From: Candidatus Tectimicrobiota bacterium
GTDB taxonomy: Bacteria > JACPUC01
NCBI GenBank assembly: GCA_016192455.1
Contig: JACPUC010000018.1
Location: 1-64,000, forward strand
DNA: 64,000 bases
Direction: 5' to 3'
Program-made: the position numbers and the translations under genes
Notes under the pieces: model-generated
Seen by the model: the letters and a program-made list of their open reading frames with translations, nothing else
What the model was told of the DNA's origin: nothing
Databases searched by the model: none
Part shown: positions 22,648 to 31,961 of the stretch, piece by piece
Position numbering within the stretch: the first letter of the stretch is position 1
Layout of the letters: each line of letters begins with the position of its first letter

Positions 22648-22765
22648 GGCGCGCCGCCGTGTCCACGGCAGCCCGCGCCTCGGTGCGGAGTTCGGGAGCG
22701 CAGCGGGCGCGGCCTCCCAGAAGCTCTGCGCTGTCACTCCCGCTCTCTTTCCCGACGATCGAGCG

Positions 22766-23656
22766 ATGGCAGTTCGCAAAGCGATCATCCCGGCCGCCGG
22801 ATTAGGCACGCGCTTCCTCCCCGCGACCAAGGCGTCCCCCAAGGAGATCATCCCCCTCGTCGATAAGCCGGCCATCCAGTACGTCGTCGAGGAGGCCGTG
22901 GCCGCCGGCATCGAGGAGATCATCCTGGTGACGGCGCGGGGCAAGCAGGCCCTGGAGGATCACTTCGACCGAGCGCCGGAGCTCGAGGCGATCCTGGAAG
23001 CCCGCGGCAAGCGTGACGAGCTGGGGGAGGTGCGCCGCCTGGCGGAGTTCGTGACCCTCATCGCAGTGCGGCAGAAGCAAGCCCTGGGACTGGGCCACGC
23101 GGTGCTCGTTGCCAAAGACCTCGTGGGGGATGAACCGTTCGCCGTGCTGCTGGGGGATGACATCATCGACCCAGCCCCTGGCCATGCCTCGGGGCTGGGT
23201 CAGCTCATCGCGCTCTTTGAACAGCGCCGGGAGCCCATCATCGCTCTGCAGGAGGTGCCGGACGATGAGCTGCGCCACTACGGCGTCATTCGCGGCGAGC
23301 CGCTGGGCGATGACCTCTGGCGTATCCATGACTTGGTGGAGAAACCCGAACCAGCGCTGGCGCCCTCGCGCCTGGCGGTCGTCGGCCGCTATGTTCTGCC
23401 GCCGGAGATCTTCACCATCCTGGAGGAGACCCGGTTTGACGCCCACGGTGAAATCCAGCTCACGGAGGGGCTGCGCAGCCTGGCGCGCCTGCGGCCGCTG
23501 AACGGCTACTGCGTCCACGGACGCCGCTATGACACGGGGAACAAGCTCGGCTACCTCATCGCCACCGTGGAGCTTGGCTTGAAGCACCCGCAGCTTGGCG
23601 CGCCCTTCCGCGCCCACCTGGAGGCTCACCTGAAGGCTGGCGGCAAGGGGCGTTGA
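22766..23656 (+). CDS. galU: UTP-glucose-1-phosphate uridylyltransferase
   Basis: KAIIPAAGLGTRFLPATKASPKE, LGLGHAV, LVEKP and EIQLT motifs. Confidence 0.96.
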   Translation: MAVRKAIIPAAGLGTRFLPATKASPKEIIPLVDKPAIQYVVEEAVAAGIEEIILVTARGKQALEDHFDRAPELEAILEARGKRDELGEVRRLAEFVTLIAVRQKQALGLGHAVLVAKDLVGDEPFAVLLGDDIIDPAPGHASGLGQLIALFEQRREPIIALQEVPDDELRHYGVIRGEPLGDDLWRIHDLVEKPEPALAPSRLAVVGRYVLPPEIFTILEETRFDAHGEIQLTEGLRSLARLRPLNGYCVHGRRYDTGNKLGYLIATVELGLKHPQLGAPFRAHLEAHLKAGGKGR

Positions 23657-23782
23657 GCGGGCGTCGAGCGCTGGGCCGGGCGGCGGAAGGAAAGCTCCGC
23701 GGGCGCGCCGCGGGGGAAGAGCCGGGTGTCCCGCCAGGTGGCGCTGGGCGCGGCGCCGCGGCACTGGCCACGTTGGAACTCG

Positions 23783-24874
23783 ATGGAACGCGCCGGCTCG
23801 GGTGCAGAGGGGAATCGGTTCCAGCGCGAGGAGGACCTCCTGCGCCGCGTCCAATCCCTGCTGCACCGACCCGAGCCCCACGTCGTCACCGGCATCGGCG
23901 ACGATTGCGCCGTCCTTGCCCTGCCCGGGGCGGTCGATCATCTCCTCGTCAGCACCGATCTCTTGCTCGAGCACATCCATTTCGAGCTGCACCAGCAGAC
24001 CTTCCAGCAGCTCGGCTACAAGGCCCTGGCGGTGAACCTCAGCGATCTTGCCGCCATGGGAGCCGATCCCCTGGCGGTCTTCGTGAGCCTCTGCCTGCCG
24101 CGCCGCTGCGCCGCCAGCGACATCGAGGCGCTCTATACCGGCATGGAAGAGCTGGCGCGCAGCGTCGGCGCGAGCATCGTCGGGGGCGACACCTCGGCGT
24201 CCGCCGACAGCCTCATGCTCTCCCTCACCGTGCTCGGCTTGGCGCCGCCGGCGGCTGTCGTGCGGCGCAGCGGCGCGCAGCCCGGCGACCGCCTCTTCGT
24301 CACGGGGACCCTGGGGGATGCCGCGGCCGGGTTGGAGTTCCTGCAGCGGCAGGATACCGAGCCGCCTGCGTCCGCGAACCCCGCGGCTGCGGCAAGCGGC
24401 CCACCAGCGGGCTTTCCGGAGGCGGTCGTCCGCCAGCTCGCGCAGCGCTACCGCCTGCCGCGGCCTCGCCTTTCCGAGGGCCGCTGGTTGGCCCGCGGGG
24501 GCTTCGCCTCGGCTATGCTCGACCTGAGCGATGGGCTCAGCACGGACCTGCATCGCCTCTGCGAGGCTTCACGCGTGGGAGCGCGGCTCGTGCTCCAAGA
24601 CCTCCCCCGCTCCACGGCCCTCGAGGCAGCCGCGGCGTTCTTGCAACACGGCACGGAACACTATACGTTACATGGGGGGGAAGATTATGAGCTGCTCGCC
24701 GCGGTTCCCGCCGAGAGGCGAGAGACTCTCCTGGCGCAGTGGCCCTTCCGGGATACGCTCCTGATGGAGATAGGCTGGGTTGTGCCCCCACAGCAGGGGG
24801 TGAAGCTGATCACCCTTGCAGAGAGGGAGGAGGTGTTACCCCCCGGAGGTTTCGACCATTTCGCACCAGGCTAA
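23783..24874 (+). CDS. thiL: Thiamine-monophosphate kinase
   Basis: GIGDDCA, KALAVNLSDLAAMG, GGDT, DLSDGL, GGEDYEL and GFDHF motifs; start uncertain. Confidence 0.95.
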   Translation: MERAGSGAEGNRFQREEDLLRRVQSLLHRPEPHVVTGIGDDCAVLALPGAVDHLLVSTDLLLEHIHFELHQQTFQQLGYKALAVNLSDLAAMGADPLAVFVSLCLPRRCAASDIEALYTGMEELARSVGASIVGGDTSASADSLMLSLTVLGLAPPAAVVRRSGAQPGDRLFVTGTLGDAAAGLEFLQRQDTEPPASANPAAAASGPPAGFPEAVVRQLAQRYRLPRPRLSEGRWLARGGFASAMLDLSDGLSTDLHRLCEASRVGARLVLQDLPRSTALEAAAAFLQHGTEHYTLHGGEDYELLAAVPAERRETLLAQWPFRDTLLMEIGWVVPPQQGVKLITLAEREEVLPPGGFDHFAPG

Positions 24875-24994
24875 CGGCGGGGAGGGCGCGCCGGCGGCCG
24901 TTCGGACCGCGGCGTGGCGCGGCACTGAGAGCATGGCGCGGCGCCCGGACCGTCCCTGGGTGGGCGCAACCTGTGCGAGGTTGAAAAGGCAGCG

Positions 24995-26284
24995 TTGGAC
25001 CCGTCGCTCATTATTCGATTCATCCTCTTCGCGCTCCTCGTGGGCCTATTGGCCTTCTTCTCTAGTTGCGAGACCGCCCTCTTCTCCCTCAGCCGCTCCT
25101 ACCGTGAAAAGCTCGGCGAGGAGCACTCCTTCCCATCGCAGCTCATCGCCCATCTCCTGCGCGATCCCCGCCGCCTCATCATCACGCTACTGTTGGGGAA
25201 TGAACTCGCCAACATCGGCATCGGCATCACCGGCGCGTCGCTGGTGCTGCGTCTCCTCGGCGAAGGGGCGGACCTCCTGGCGATCGGGGCGTCGACCCTC
25301 ATCCTCCTCATCGTGGGGGAGATCCTTCCGAAATCACTGGCGCTGCGGCACGCGCAGACTTACGCCCGCCAGGTGGCCCTGCCGCTGGAGTTCGTGGCGC
25401 GCCTCATCTTTCCCCTCCGCTGGCTCATGCAGCGGCTGGCGGACGGCCTGTTGCGCGCCCTTGGCGGGACGCGCGGGGAGGGAGAGGAGGCGTTCAACGA
25501 GGAGGAGTTCCGCGCCATGCTGGCGGCGGGTGAGGATGCCGGCGTCCTGCACGAGAGCGAGCGGGCGATGATCCAGAAGGTCCTCGCCTTCTCCGAGACC
25601 ACCGTGTCGCAGGTGATGACGCCGCGCATCGATCTCGACGCCGTTGAGGTGCGGAGCACCCTCGAAGTGGTCATGGCGAGCGTCAAGGAGGGGCACTTCT
25701 CACGCATGCCCGTCTATGACCAGACCATCGACACCGTTGTCGGCATCCTCTATGCGAAAGACCTCTTGCGCTGGGAGACGCGGGCGAAACGAATCGACGG
25801 GGAATCGGCGCAGCCCCAGCTCAACTTGCGGGAGCTGCTGCGCGAGCCCTACTTCGTGCCGGAGGGCAAGCGCGTCAGCGATCTCTTGCGCGAGTTTCAG
25901 CAGAAGAAAGTGCACATGGCCATCGTCCTCGACGAGTACGGCGGCGTGGCGGGACTGGTCACCATGGAGGACCTCCTGGAAGAGTTGGTGGGCGAGATCA
26001 GCGACGAGTTCGATCTGCCGGAAGCCGTCGGGGCGCCTTACCAGCAGCTTACCGAGAACCGCTACCGCATCTCCGCCAAGATGCCGATGGGGGGGGTGGA
26101 GGAGCTGCTGCAGCGCCCGCTGCCGCCGGGAGACTACGAGACCCTGGCCGGGTTTGTGCTGCACCTCTTCGGGCGGCTGCCGCGCCGCGGCGAGCATGTC
26201 GCCAGCAATGGCCTGACGTTCACCATCGAGAAGATGCGCGGCACCCGCATCCTCGAGATCACCGTCGATCGGCATCCTGACTAA
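24995..26284 (+). CDS. CNNM/TlyC hemolysin-family protein (DUF21-CBS-CorC)
   Basis: [32 protein letters not shown]...[16 protein letters not shown] start. Confidence 0.92.
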   Translation: MDPSLIIRFILFALLVGLLAFFSSCETALFSLSRSYREKLGEEHSFPSQLIAHLLRDPRRLIITLLLGNELANIGIGITGASLVLRLLGEGADLLAIGASTLILLIVGEILPKSLALRHAQTYARQVALPLEFVARLIFPLRWLMQRLADGLLRALGGTRGEGEEAFNEEEFRAMLAAGEDAGVLHESERAMIQKVLAFSETTVSQVMTPRIDLDAVEVRSTLEVVMASVKEGHFSRMPVYDQTIDTVVGILYAKDLLRWETRAKRIDGESAQPQLNLRELLREPYFVPEGKRVSDLLREFQQKKVHMAIVLDEYGGVAGLVTMEDLLEELVGEISDEFDLPEAVGAPYQQLTENRYRISAKMPMGGVEELLQRPLPPGDYETLAGFVLHLFGRLPRRGEHVASNGLTFTIEKMRGTRILEITVDRHPD

Positions 26285-27552
26285 TGGACCTGCTCATCAC
26301 CGTCATCGTCGTGGGCCTCTGCGTCCTGGCCGAGGGATTCTTCTCCGGCTCGGAGATGGCCGTGGTCTCCTCGAACAAGTACAAGCTGAACCAGCAGGCG
26401 AAGGCCGGCCGCTGGGGGGCGCGCCTGCTGGCGCGCTGGATGGAGCGGCCCGAGCAGGTGCTGAGCGTCACCCTCACCGGCGCGAATCTCTCCGAGATCA
26501 GCGCCACCGTGCTGGCCACCATGTACCTGGTGCAAACCTACGGCGAGTCGGGCGAATTGTACGCGTTCCTCGTCATGGCGCCGATCATCCTGCTGTTCGG
26601 CGAAATCTTCCCGAAGACGATCTACCAGCACTTCGCCGACCGCCTGGCGCCGCTCGTCGTCTTCCCCCTGCGGGCGTTCTCCTACCTCATCTACCCCGTG
26701 GGGCGAGGCTTGGGGCGGCTGAGCGAGAGCGTCGTGCAGACGGTGGGGACGGCGCCGAAGAACCCCTTCGTGCTGCGCGAGGAGCTGCAGACCATGGCGC
26801 GCAAGAGCGTGCTGGAGGGGCGCGGCAAGTCCACGGCGTCGCGGCTCATCCACAACATTTTCTCGTTCACCGATACGACGGTGGATGAGGTGATGGTGCC
26901 CCTCGTGGACCTGGTCGCCGTGAACAAGAATGACACACGCGAGGAGGCCATTCGGCGCGTGGAGCAGTATGGCTACTCGCGGCTGCCGGTGTACGTCGAT
27001 CGCATCTACAACATCGTCGGCATCGTGCATGCCCTCGATCTGCTGACCGCGGCGCCGAGCGCGCCGCTCGAGGATCTCACCCGTCCCGCCACCTACGTGC
27101 CGGAAACGAAGCGGGTCAGTGTGCTCCTGCGGGAGATGCAGCAAGGGCGCCACCCGATGGTGGTGGTGGTGAACGAGTACGGCGCGGCCATCGGCATCGT
27201 GACGACGGAGGACCTTGTCGAGGAGATCGTCGGAGAAATCCACGACGAGTATGATCCGGCGCGCACCATGTTCGAGCGCTGCGAGGATGGCAGCCTGCTC
27301 TGCGATGCGCGCATCGAGCTCGATGAGCTTCGCGACCAGTTCGGCATCAATTTCCCGCCGGGGCTGTACGAGACCCTGGCCGGCCTCCTGATGGAGCAGC
27401 TTGGCCGCATCCCGCAGCAGGGCGAGCGCCACCTCCTTGGCGCGCATGAGCTGCGCATCGAAGACGCCACCGAGCGCTGCGTCACCCGGGTGCGCATCAC
27501 ACGGCTGACGCCCGCAAACTCCCAGCGCCCCGCTGTCTCGCCCGCCTCCTGA
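26284..27552 (+). CDS. Second CNNM/TlyC hemolysin-family protein
   Basis: FFSGSEMA, GEIFPK, YSRLPVY, VNEYGA...TTEDLVEEIVGEI; TAATG overlap with the upstream paralog. Confidence 0.92.
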   Translation: MDLLITVIVVGLCVLAEGFFSGSEMAVVSSNKYKLNQQAKAGRWGARLLARWMERPEQVLSVTLTGANLSEISATVLATMYLVQTYGESGELYAFLVMAPIILLFGEIFPKTIYQHFADRLAPLVVFPLRAFSYLIYPVGRGLGRLSESVVQTVGTAPKNPFVLREELQTMARKSVLEGRGKSTASRLIHNIFSFTDTTVDEVMVPLVDLVAVNKNDTREEAIRRVEQYGYSRLPVYVDRIYNIVGIVHALDLLTAAPSAPLEDLTRPATYVPETKRVSVLLREMQQGRHPMVVVVNEYGAAIGIVTTEDLVEEIVGEIHDEYDPARTMFERCEDGSLLCDARIELDELRDQFGINFPPGLYETLAGLLMEQLGRIPQQGERHLLGAHELRIEDATERCVTRVRITRLTPANSQRPAVSPAS

Positions 27553-27796
27553 AATCCGCGCCTGGCGGCGCCGGCGGTAGGGTGTCGGCCCCGACCGCCG
27601 CTGCCGCACCCCTCACCCTCGGCCCCGCAGCGATGCGCGACGGCGCGGGGGACTCTCCCAGCCTTGCCCCACGTCGCGCCACGTGCGATACTGCACCGCG
27701 GTCCGTGCCCTGATTTCCCCCCCAGAGCGGCGAGGTGGTTGGTCGCAACGAGCCGCGCGTGGACAGTCGTCGAGGCACTCGGGGAAGGAGTGACGT

Positions 27797-29236
27797 ATGA
27801 CGAAGCAGAATGATCTGCGGAGCTGGATTGAGGAGGCTGACAAGCTCGGCGAGGTGCGCTACGTCGACGGCGCCCACTGGGTGCACGAGATGGGGGCCAT
27901 CACCGAGATCGCCAGCGAGATGGACCCGATGCCGGCCGTCCTCTTCAATAACATCAAAGACTACCCCAGCGGCTACCGCCTGATCACGAACACCCTGGCC
28001 TCGGTGCGCAAGGTGGCCCTCACCTTCGGCATGCCCACGAACCTCAGCAACCGCGAGTTCGTCGCCGCCTGGAGAGAGAAGGCGAAGAGCCTGCGGCCGA
28101 TCCCGCCGGTCACCGTCAAGGATGGGCCGCTGCTCGAGAACGTCATCGAGGGCAAGGACGTTGATATCCTGAAGTTTCCGACGCCGAAGTGGCACGAGCA
28201 CGACGGCGGGCGCTACATCGGCACCGGCGACATGTTCATCACCCGCGAGCCGGACGAAGGCTGGATCAACATCGGCACCTACCGGGTGATGATCCATGAC
28301 GAGAAGTCGGTCGGCGTGCACATTGCCCCGGCTCATCACGGCAGCATGCACATCCGCAAGGCGCTGGCCCGCAACGAGTCGGTGAAGGTCGCCATCTCCG
28401 TGGGGCACCATCCGGCATTCCTGAGCGTCGGCTCGATGGAGTTCCCCTACGGCTACTGCGAGTACGACTTTGTCGGCGCCTTGCAGGGGGCGCCGGTCGA
28501 GGTCCTTCAGGGTCCGTACACCGGCCTGCCGATGCCGGCGAACGCGGAGATCGTTCTCGAGGGAGAGATTGTTCCCGGCTCGGTGAAGTTTGAAGGCCCC
28601 TTCGGGGAGTGGACGGGCTACTACGCCAGCCCGCCGAAGGAAGACCCCATCGTGCACATCAAGACCGTCCTGCACCGCAACGATCCGATCATCCTCGGGG
28701 CGCCGCCGGTGCGGCCGCCGGCCGAGCACGCCGTCTATCGCGCCTTCACCCGCGCCGCCCGCATCTGGGATGCCCTCGAAGCCGCCGGCGTGCCGGGCGT
28801 GAAGGGGGTCTGGTGCCACCCGGCGGGCGGTTCGCGCATGCTCAACATCGTTGCCATCGAGCAGAAGTTCGCCGGCCACGCCAAGCAGGCGGGGCTCATC
28901 GCGGCGCAGTGCCAGGCGGCGGCGTACGCCAACCGCTACACCATCGTGGTGGACGACGACATCGACCCCACGAGCACCTTCCAGGTCCTCTGGGCCTTGT
29001 GCACCCGCACCGACCCGGCGACCACCATCGAGATCATCACCCGCGCCATGCGCACCACCGATGACCCCATGGGCCCGCCCGACGGCTCCGGCGGCTTCGC
29101 CTCGCGCGCCATCATCGAAGCCTGCCGGCCGTATGAGTGGATCGACAAGTTCCCGCGCATCAGCGGCCCCAGCCTGGAGTTGAAGCAAGAGATGCACGAG
29201 AAGTACGGGCACGTCTTCGAGATGCAGCACCGCTAA
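27797..29236 (+). CDS. UbiD-family decarboxylase
   Basis: DLRSWIE, DGGRYIGT, NIGTYR, EGPFGEWTGYY, VDDDIDP...WALCTRTDP; AAGGAG RBS. Confidence 0.95.
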   Translation: MTKQNDLRSWIEEADKLGEVRYVDGAHWVHEMGAITEIASEMDPMPAVLFNNIKDYPSGYRLITNTLASVRKVALTFGMPTNLSNREFVAAWREKAKSLRPIPPVTVKDGPLLENVIEGKDVDILKFPTPKWHEHDGGRYIGTGDMFITREPDEGWINIGTYRVMIHDEKSVGVHIAPAHHGSMHIRKALARNESVKVAISVGHHPAFLSVGSMEFPYGYCEYDFVGALQGAPVEVLQGPYTGLPMPANAEIVLEGEIVPGSVKFEGPFGEWTGYYASPPKEDPIVHIKTVLHRNDPIILGAPPVRPPAEHAVYRAFTRAARIWDALEAAGVPGVKGVWCHPAGGSRMLNIVAIEQKFAGHAKQAGLIAAQCQAAAYANRYTIVVDDDIDPTSTFQVLWALCTRTDPATTIEIITRAMRTTDDPMGPPDGSGGFASRAIIEACRPYEWIDKFPRISGPSLELKQEMHEKYGHVFEMQHR

Positions 29237-29351
29237 GGCCGAAGGAGGGGGCGAGGAGGCGGGGTGGACGTCGGCCGTCTGCGCGAGGGGGCGGAAACGC
29301 GGCCCCGCCGACGTTTCGAACAGGCTTCCCCGCAGCCCGCCGTGAGGGCGC

Positions 29352-29783
29352 ATGAGCCAGCAACGAGCTGCCCTGGAAGAGGCGAACCGCCGATTCTATC
29401 GGGCTTTCGAGAGCCTGAAGCTGGAGCGCATGGAGGGCGTGTGGAGGCGCGACGGCCAAATCTGGTGCGTGCACCCCGGTTGGCCGCTCCTCAGCGGCTG
29501 GGAGGCCGTCATGCGGAGCTGGCGGCTGATCTTCGAGGCCACCCGCTACATCGAGTTCGAACTCACGAACGTCTCGATCCATGCCCCGGCTGACGGGCGG
29601 GGCGGCCTCGGCTGGGTCCTCTGCCAGGAGAACTTCCTCAGCCACGTCGGCGGCCAGACCGTACGCAGCAACGTCCTCAGCACCAACGTCTTCGAGTGGC
29701 GCGAGGAGCGCTGGCAACTCTTGCACCACCACGGCTCGCAGATCGTCCGCGACGCCCTGCCGCCGGAGTTCGGCGGGGGGTGA
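29352..29783 (+). CDS. SnoaL/NTF2-like protein
   Basis: ANRRFYRAFE, CVHPGW..LSG..AV..SW, TNVF...WQLLHHHGS. Confidence 0.88.
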   Translation: MSQQRAALEEANRRFYRAFESLKLERMEGVWRRDGQIWCVHPGWPLLSGWEAVMRSWRLIFEATRYIEFELTNVSIHAPADGRGGLGWVLCQENFLSHVGGQTVRSNVLSTNVFEWREERWQLLHHHGSQIVRDALPPEFGGG

Positions 29784-29910
29784 GGCGACTTTTCGAGTGG
29801 CGTTCGCGCGGGAGCGAGGCACCTCTCCTCTTTAGGGTCTTTCTCGCGTTCCACGTGTAGGCCATTTCGGTGGCGTTAGTATGGGTACTCAGATGGAGGG
29901 GGATGCACCA

Positions 29911-30837
29911 ATGGCTGGTCACTGGAAAGAAGTCGTCAGGCTCCGTTTTAAGGGCAGTCGATTTCGGGACCACGCATTAGACATTGGCGCCATTACCGAA
30001 CTGAGCCGCTTTCAGAAGATGATAGCGGAGACTGCGAAGACTCTCTGGCGTGAAAGTCATCCCGAACGAGAACGGCTCCCAAAGCATTTCGAAGAACGCA
30101 CGAGCCTTTGCCTACGCAGAATCGCAGAAGGAAGTGCCGTGGCTCCCTTGGAGGTATACATCGGAGGACCTACGCAAGAAGAATTATTTGAACAGGATAC
30201 TGCCGAAACCGAAGTTGAAGAAGCGATCGAGTTAGCCCATAAGGTCTTCCATGCCGCACAAATAGATGAACCACTACCCCCGATATTCCCGAAGACATTA
30301 ATTCCAGAATACGAAAACTTTGGGCAGGGACTTGAGGATGATGAGGAAATCGAGATGATGATAGATGAGAAGGAACCAGCCCATGTAACTCCTACATCAC
30401 GCTCCCGCTTAGCTGCGTTGGTTGATGTTCCACACGAAAATCAGGTTGATGTAACAGGCGAGGTACTAGAGGCCGATGTCAGACAAGGACGGTTCCAGGT
30501 ATGGTTGGATGAGAAGACTGGCATTTCTGCGGTATTCTCTCCGGAGCAGGAAGACCATGTAACAGGTGCACTTCGGGACCACAATACATTGCGACTTCAA
30601 ATCATTGGCGAAGGGGAGTTTTCTCCACAAGGCAAACTTTTGCGTATCACAAAAACGGAAAGGTTGTTACTTAAGACTCTGGCAGATGCGGAAGATGCTT
30701 ACGATACCACCGTCAAGCCTATAGAAGATGTCCTGACCGAGTTAGCCCGAGAGGTTCCCCAGGAAGATTGGGATAAACTTCCGCCTGACCTTACAGACAA
30801 CCTCGATCACTACCTTTACGGAACACCTAAGCGATGA
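29911..30837 (+). CDS. Hypothetical protein with a C-terminal VapB-type antitoxin-like peptide
   Basis: GGAGGGGG RBS before ATG 29911 (alternative start 29881); ends LPPDLTDNLDHYLYGTPKR; ATGA overlap with the PIN gene. Confidence 0.8.
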   Translation: MAGHWKEVVRLRFKGSRFRDHALDIGAITELSRFQKMIAETAKTLWRESHPERERLPKHFEERTSLCLRRIAEGSAVAPLEVYIGGPTQEELFEQDTAETEVEEAIELAHKVFHAAQIDEPLPPIFPKTLIPEYENFGQGLEDDEEIEMMIDEKEPAHVTPTSRSRLAALVDVPHENQVDVTGEVLEADVRQGRFQVWLDEKTGISAVFSPEQEDHVTGALRDHNTLRLQIIGEGEFSPQGKLLRITKTERLLLKTLADAEDAYDTTVKPIEDVLTELAREVPQEDWDKLPPDLTDNLDHYLYGTPKR

Positions 30838-31256
30838 GAACGGTCTTTGTCGACACACTTTACTGGGTTGCTAGAGTTCGACCGTGCGACCCTTGGGGAG
30901 AAGCTGCACGGCTGGCCAAATCGTCACTTGGGGCAGTTCGCCTCTTAACTACAGACGAAGTTCTAACCGAGTTCTTAACCGCTCTCTCGAGGGGAGGTGA
31001 ACATCTGCGACGTCAAGCAGTAAGAATGGTACGAAGTATTCTTGACGATCCAAACGTTCAGGTCACTCCTCAGTCTCGAAATTCATTTCTTCGAGGCATT
31101 GAACTGTACGAACAACGTCCCGACAAAGAATACAGCTTAACCGATTGTATTTCAATGAGTACGATGAGGTCTCTATCAGTTGCTGAGGTGTTGACAAACG
31201 ATACCCATTTCAACCAAGAAGGATTTCGAGTACTAATAACCAAGCAAGAATCCTAA
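30834..31256 (+). CDS. vapC: PIN-domain (VapC-like) toxin
   Basis: VFVDT, EVLTE, SLTDCIS and LTNDTHF acidic tetrad; 140 aa. Confidence 0.9.
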   Translation: MRTVFVDTLYWVARVRPCDPWGEAARLAKSSLGAVRLLTTDEVLTEFLTALSRGGEHLRRQAVRMVRSILDDPNVQVTPQSRNSFLRGIELYEQRPDKEYSLTDCISMSTMRSLSVAEVLTNDTHFNQEGFRVLITKQES

Positions 31257-31359
31257 ACTGATAAGTGGGCACATCGAGACACGTTGCCCGGCGTGAAGCG
31301 GCTCTCTCCTTCTTGCAGCGAGGGCCACCCACCGATTTCCCCGCGCCCCACATTTCGTC

Positions 31360-31445
31360 CCCCTGTGCCCTGCCGCAATCTGCATGGCTTCGCGGGCGTG
31401 GTCAAGCATGTGCCGCAGCCGCACCGCATCATCATGCCGCGACAT
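31360..31445 (-). pseudogene. Truncated HEPN (DUF86/HepT) toxin remnant
   Basis: MSRHDDAVRLRHMLDHAREA is a typical DUF86 N-terminus overlapping the MNT stop; similarity is lost after about 28 codons and no RxxxxH motif follows. Confidence 0.75.
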
Positions 31446-31731
31446 ACAGGTCCTCCGCCTCTTCCAAAATCTCATCGCGAAAGTAAGGGCTGAGGAAGCC
31501 AGGCGTGTTGAGGTCTACCTTGCGTCCCAGAATCTCCGAGAGTTCGCGTTCGATGGCAAAGAACCGCAGACCTACCCTCGTCTGCGGCTCGAACTCGACG
31601 AGCATGTCAACATCGCTGTCGGGCCGGAAGTCCTCACGCAGGACGGAGCCGAACAATGCCAGGCGCCGGACGCGGTGCCGTTGGCAGAAATCGCGGATGG
31701 CTTCCGCCGGGATGTGAATGCGCGCGCTCAC
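31432..31731 (-). CDS. Minimal nucleotidyltransferase (MntA-type antitoxin)
   Basis: LALFGSVLREDFRPDSDVDMLVEF...LGRKVDL; 99 aa; GAGGTG RBS. Confidence 0.92.
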   Translation of the reverse strand: MSARIHIPAEAIRDFCQRHRVRRLALFGSVLREDFRPDSDVDMLVEFEPQTRVGLRFFAIERELSEILGRKVDLNTPGFLSPYFRDEILEEAEDLYVAA

Positions 31732-31961
31732 GTTCGTTCACCTCGTGGCTAGCATACCATACTGCGCCCTCCTTGGCCGCCGGAGAAAGGAGCGGCCGGT
31801 CGTGCCCGGCCGGATGCCTCGGGCGTGCAGGCCTTCCGCCGCGCATCCTGTTCTGACAGAGCAACCCCTTGCCGCGCTTGATTTTCTAACCTCTCCCTCC
31901 CATAGTGTGAACACGCGACGTCTGCGAAAAGCGGGCGGGCGCGAAGGCAGAAGGACGCGGC

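Larger units (their letters stand above)
29870..31265. mobile_element. Small low-GC horizontally acquired island (no mobility gene)
   Basis: Abrupt composition shift (26/60 G+C at 30181-30240 versus 38/60 at 29341-29400) covering two coupled genes; boundaries approximate. Confidence 0.7.

Noticed and set aside
29860-31330. Integron gene cassette (GTTAG before the island, CCTAAAC after it)
   Set aside because: No matching GTTRRRY/RYYYAAC pair, no clear attC palindrome and no integrase; no target duplication or IS ends seen either.
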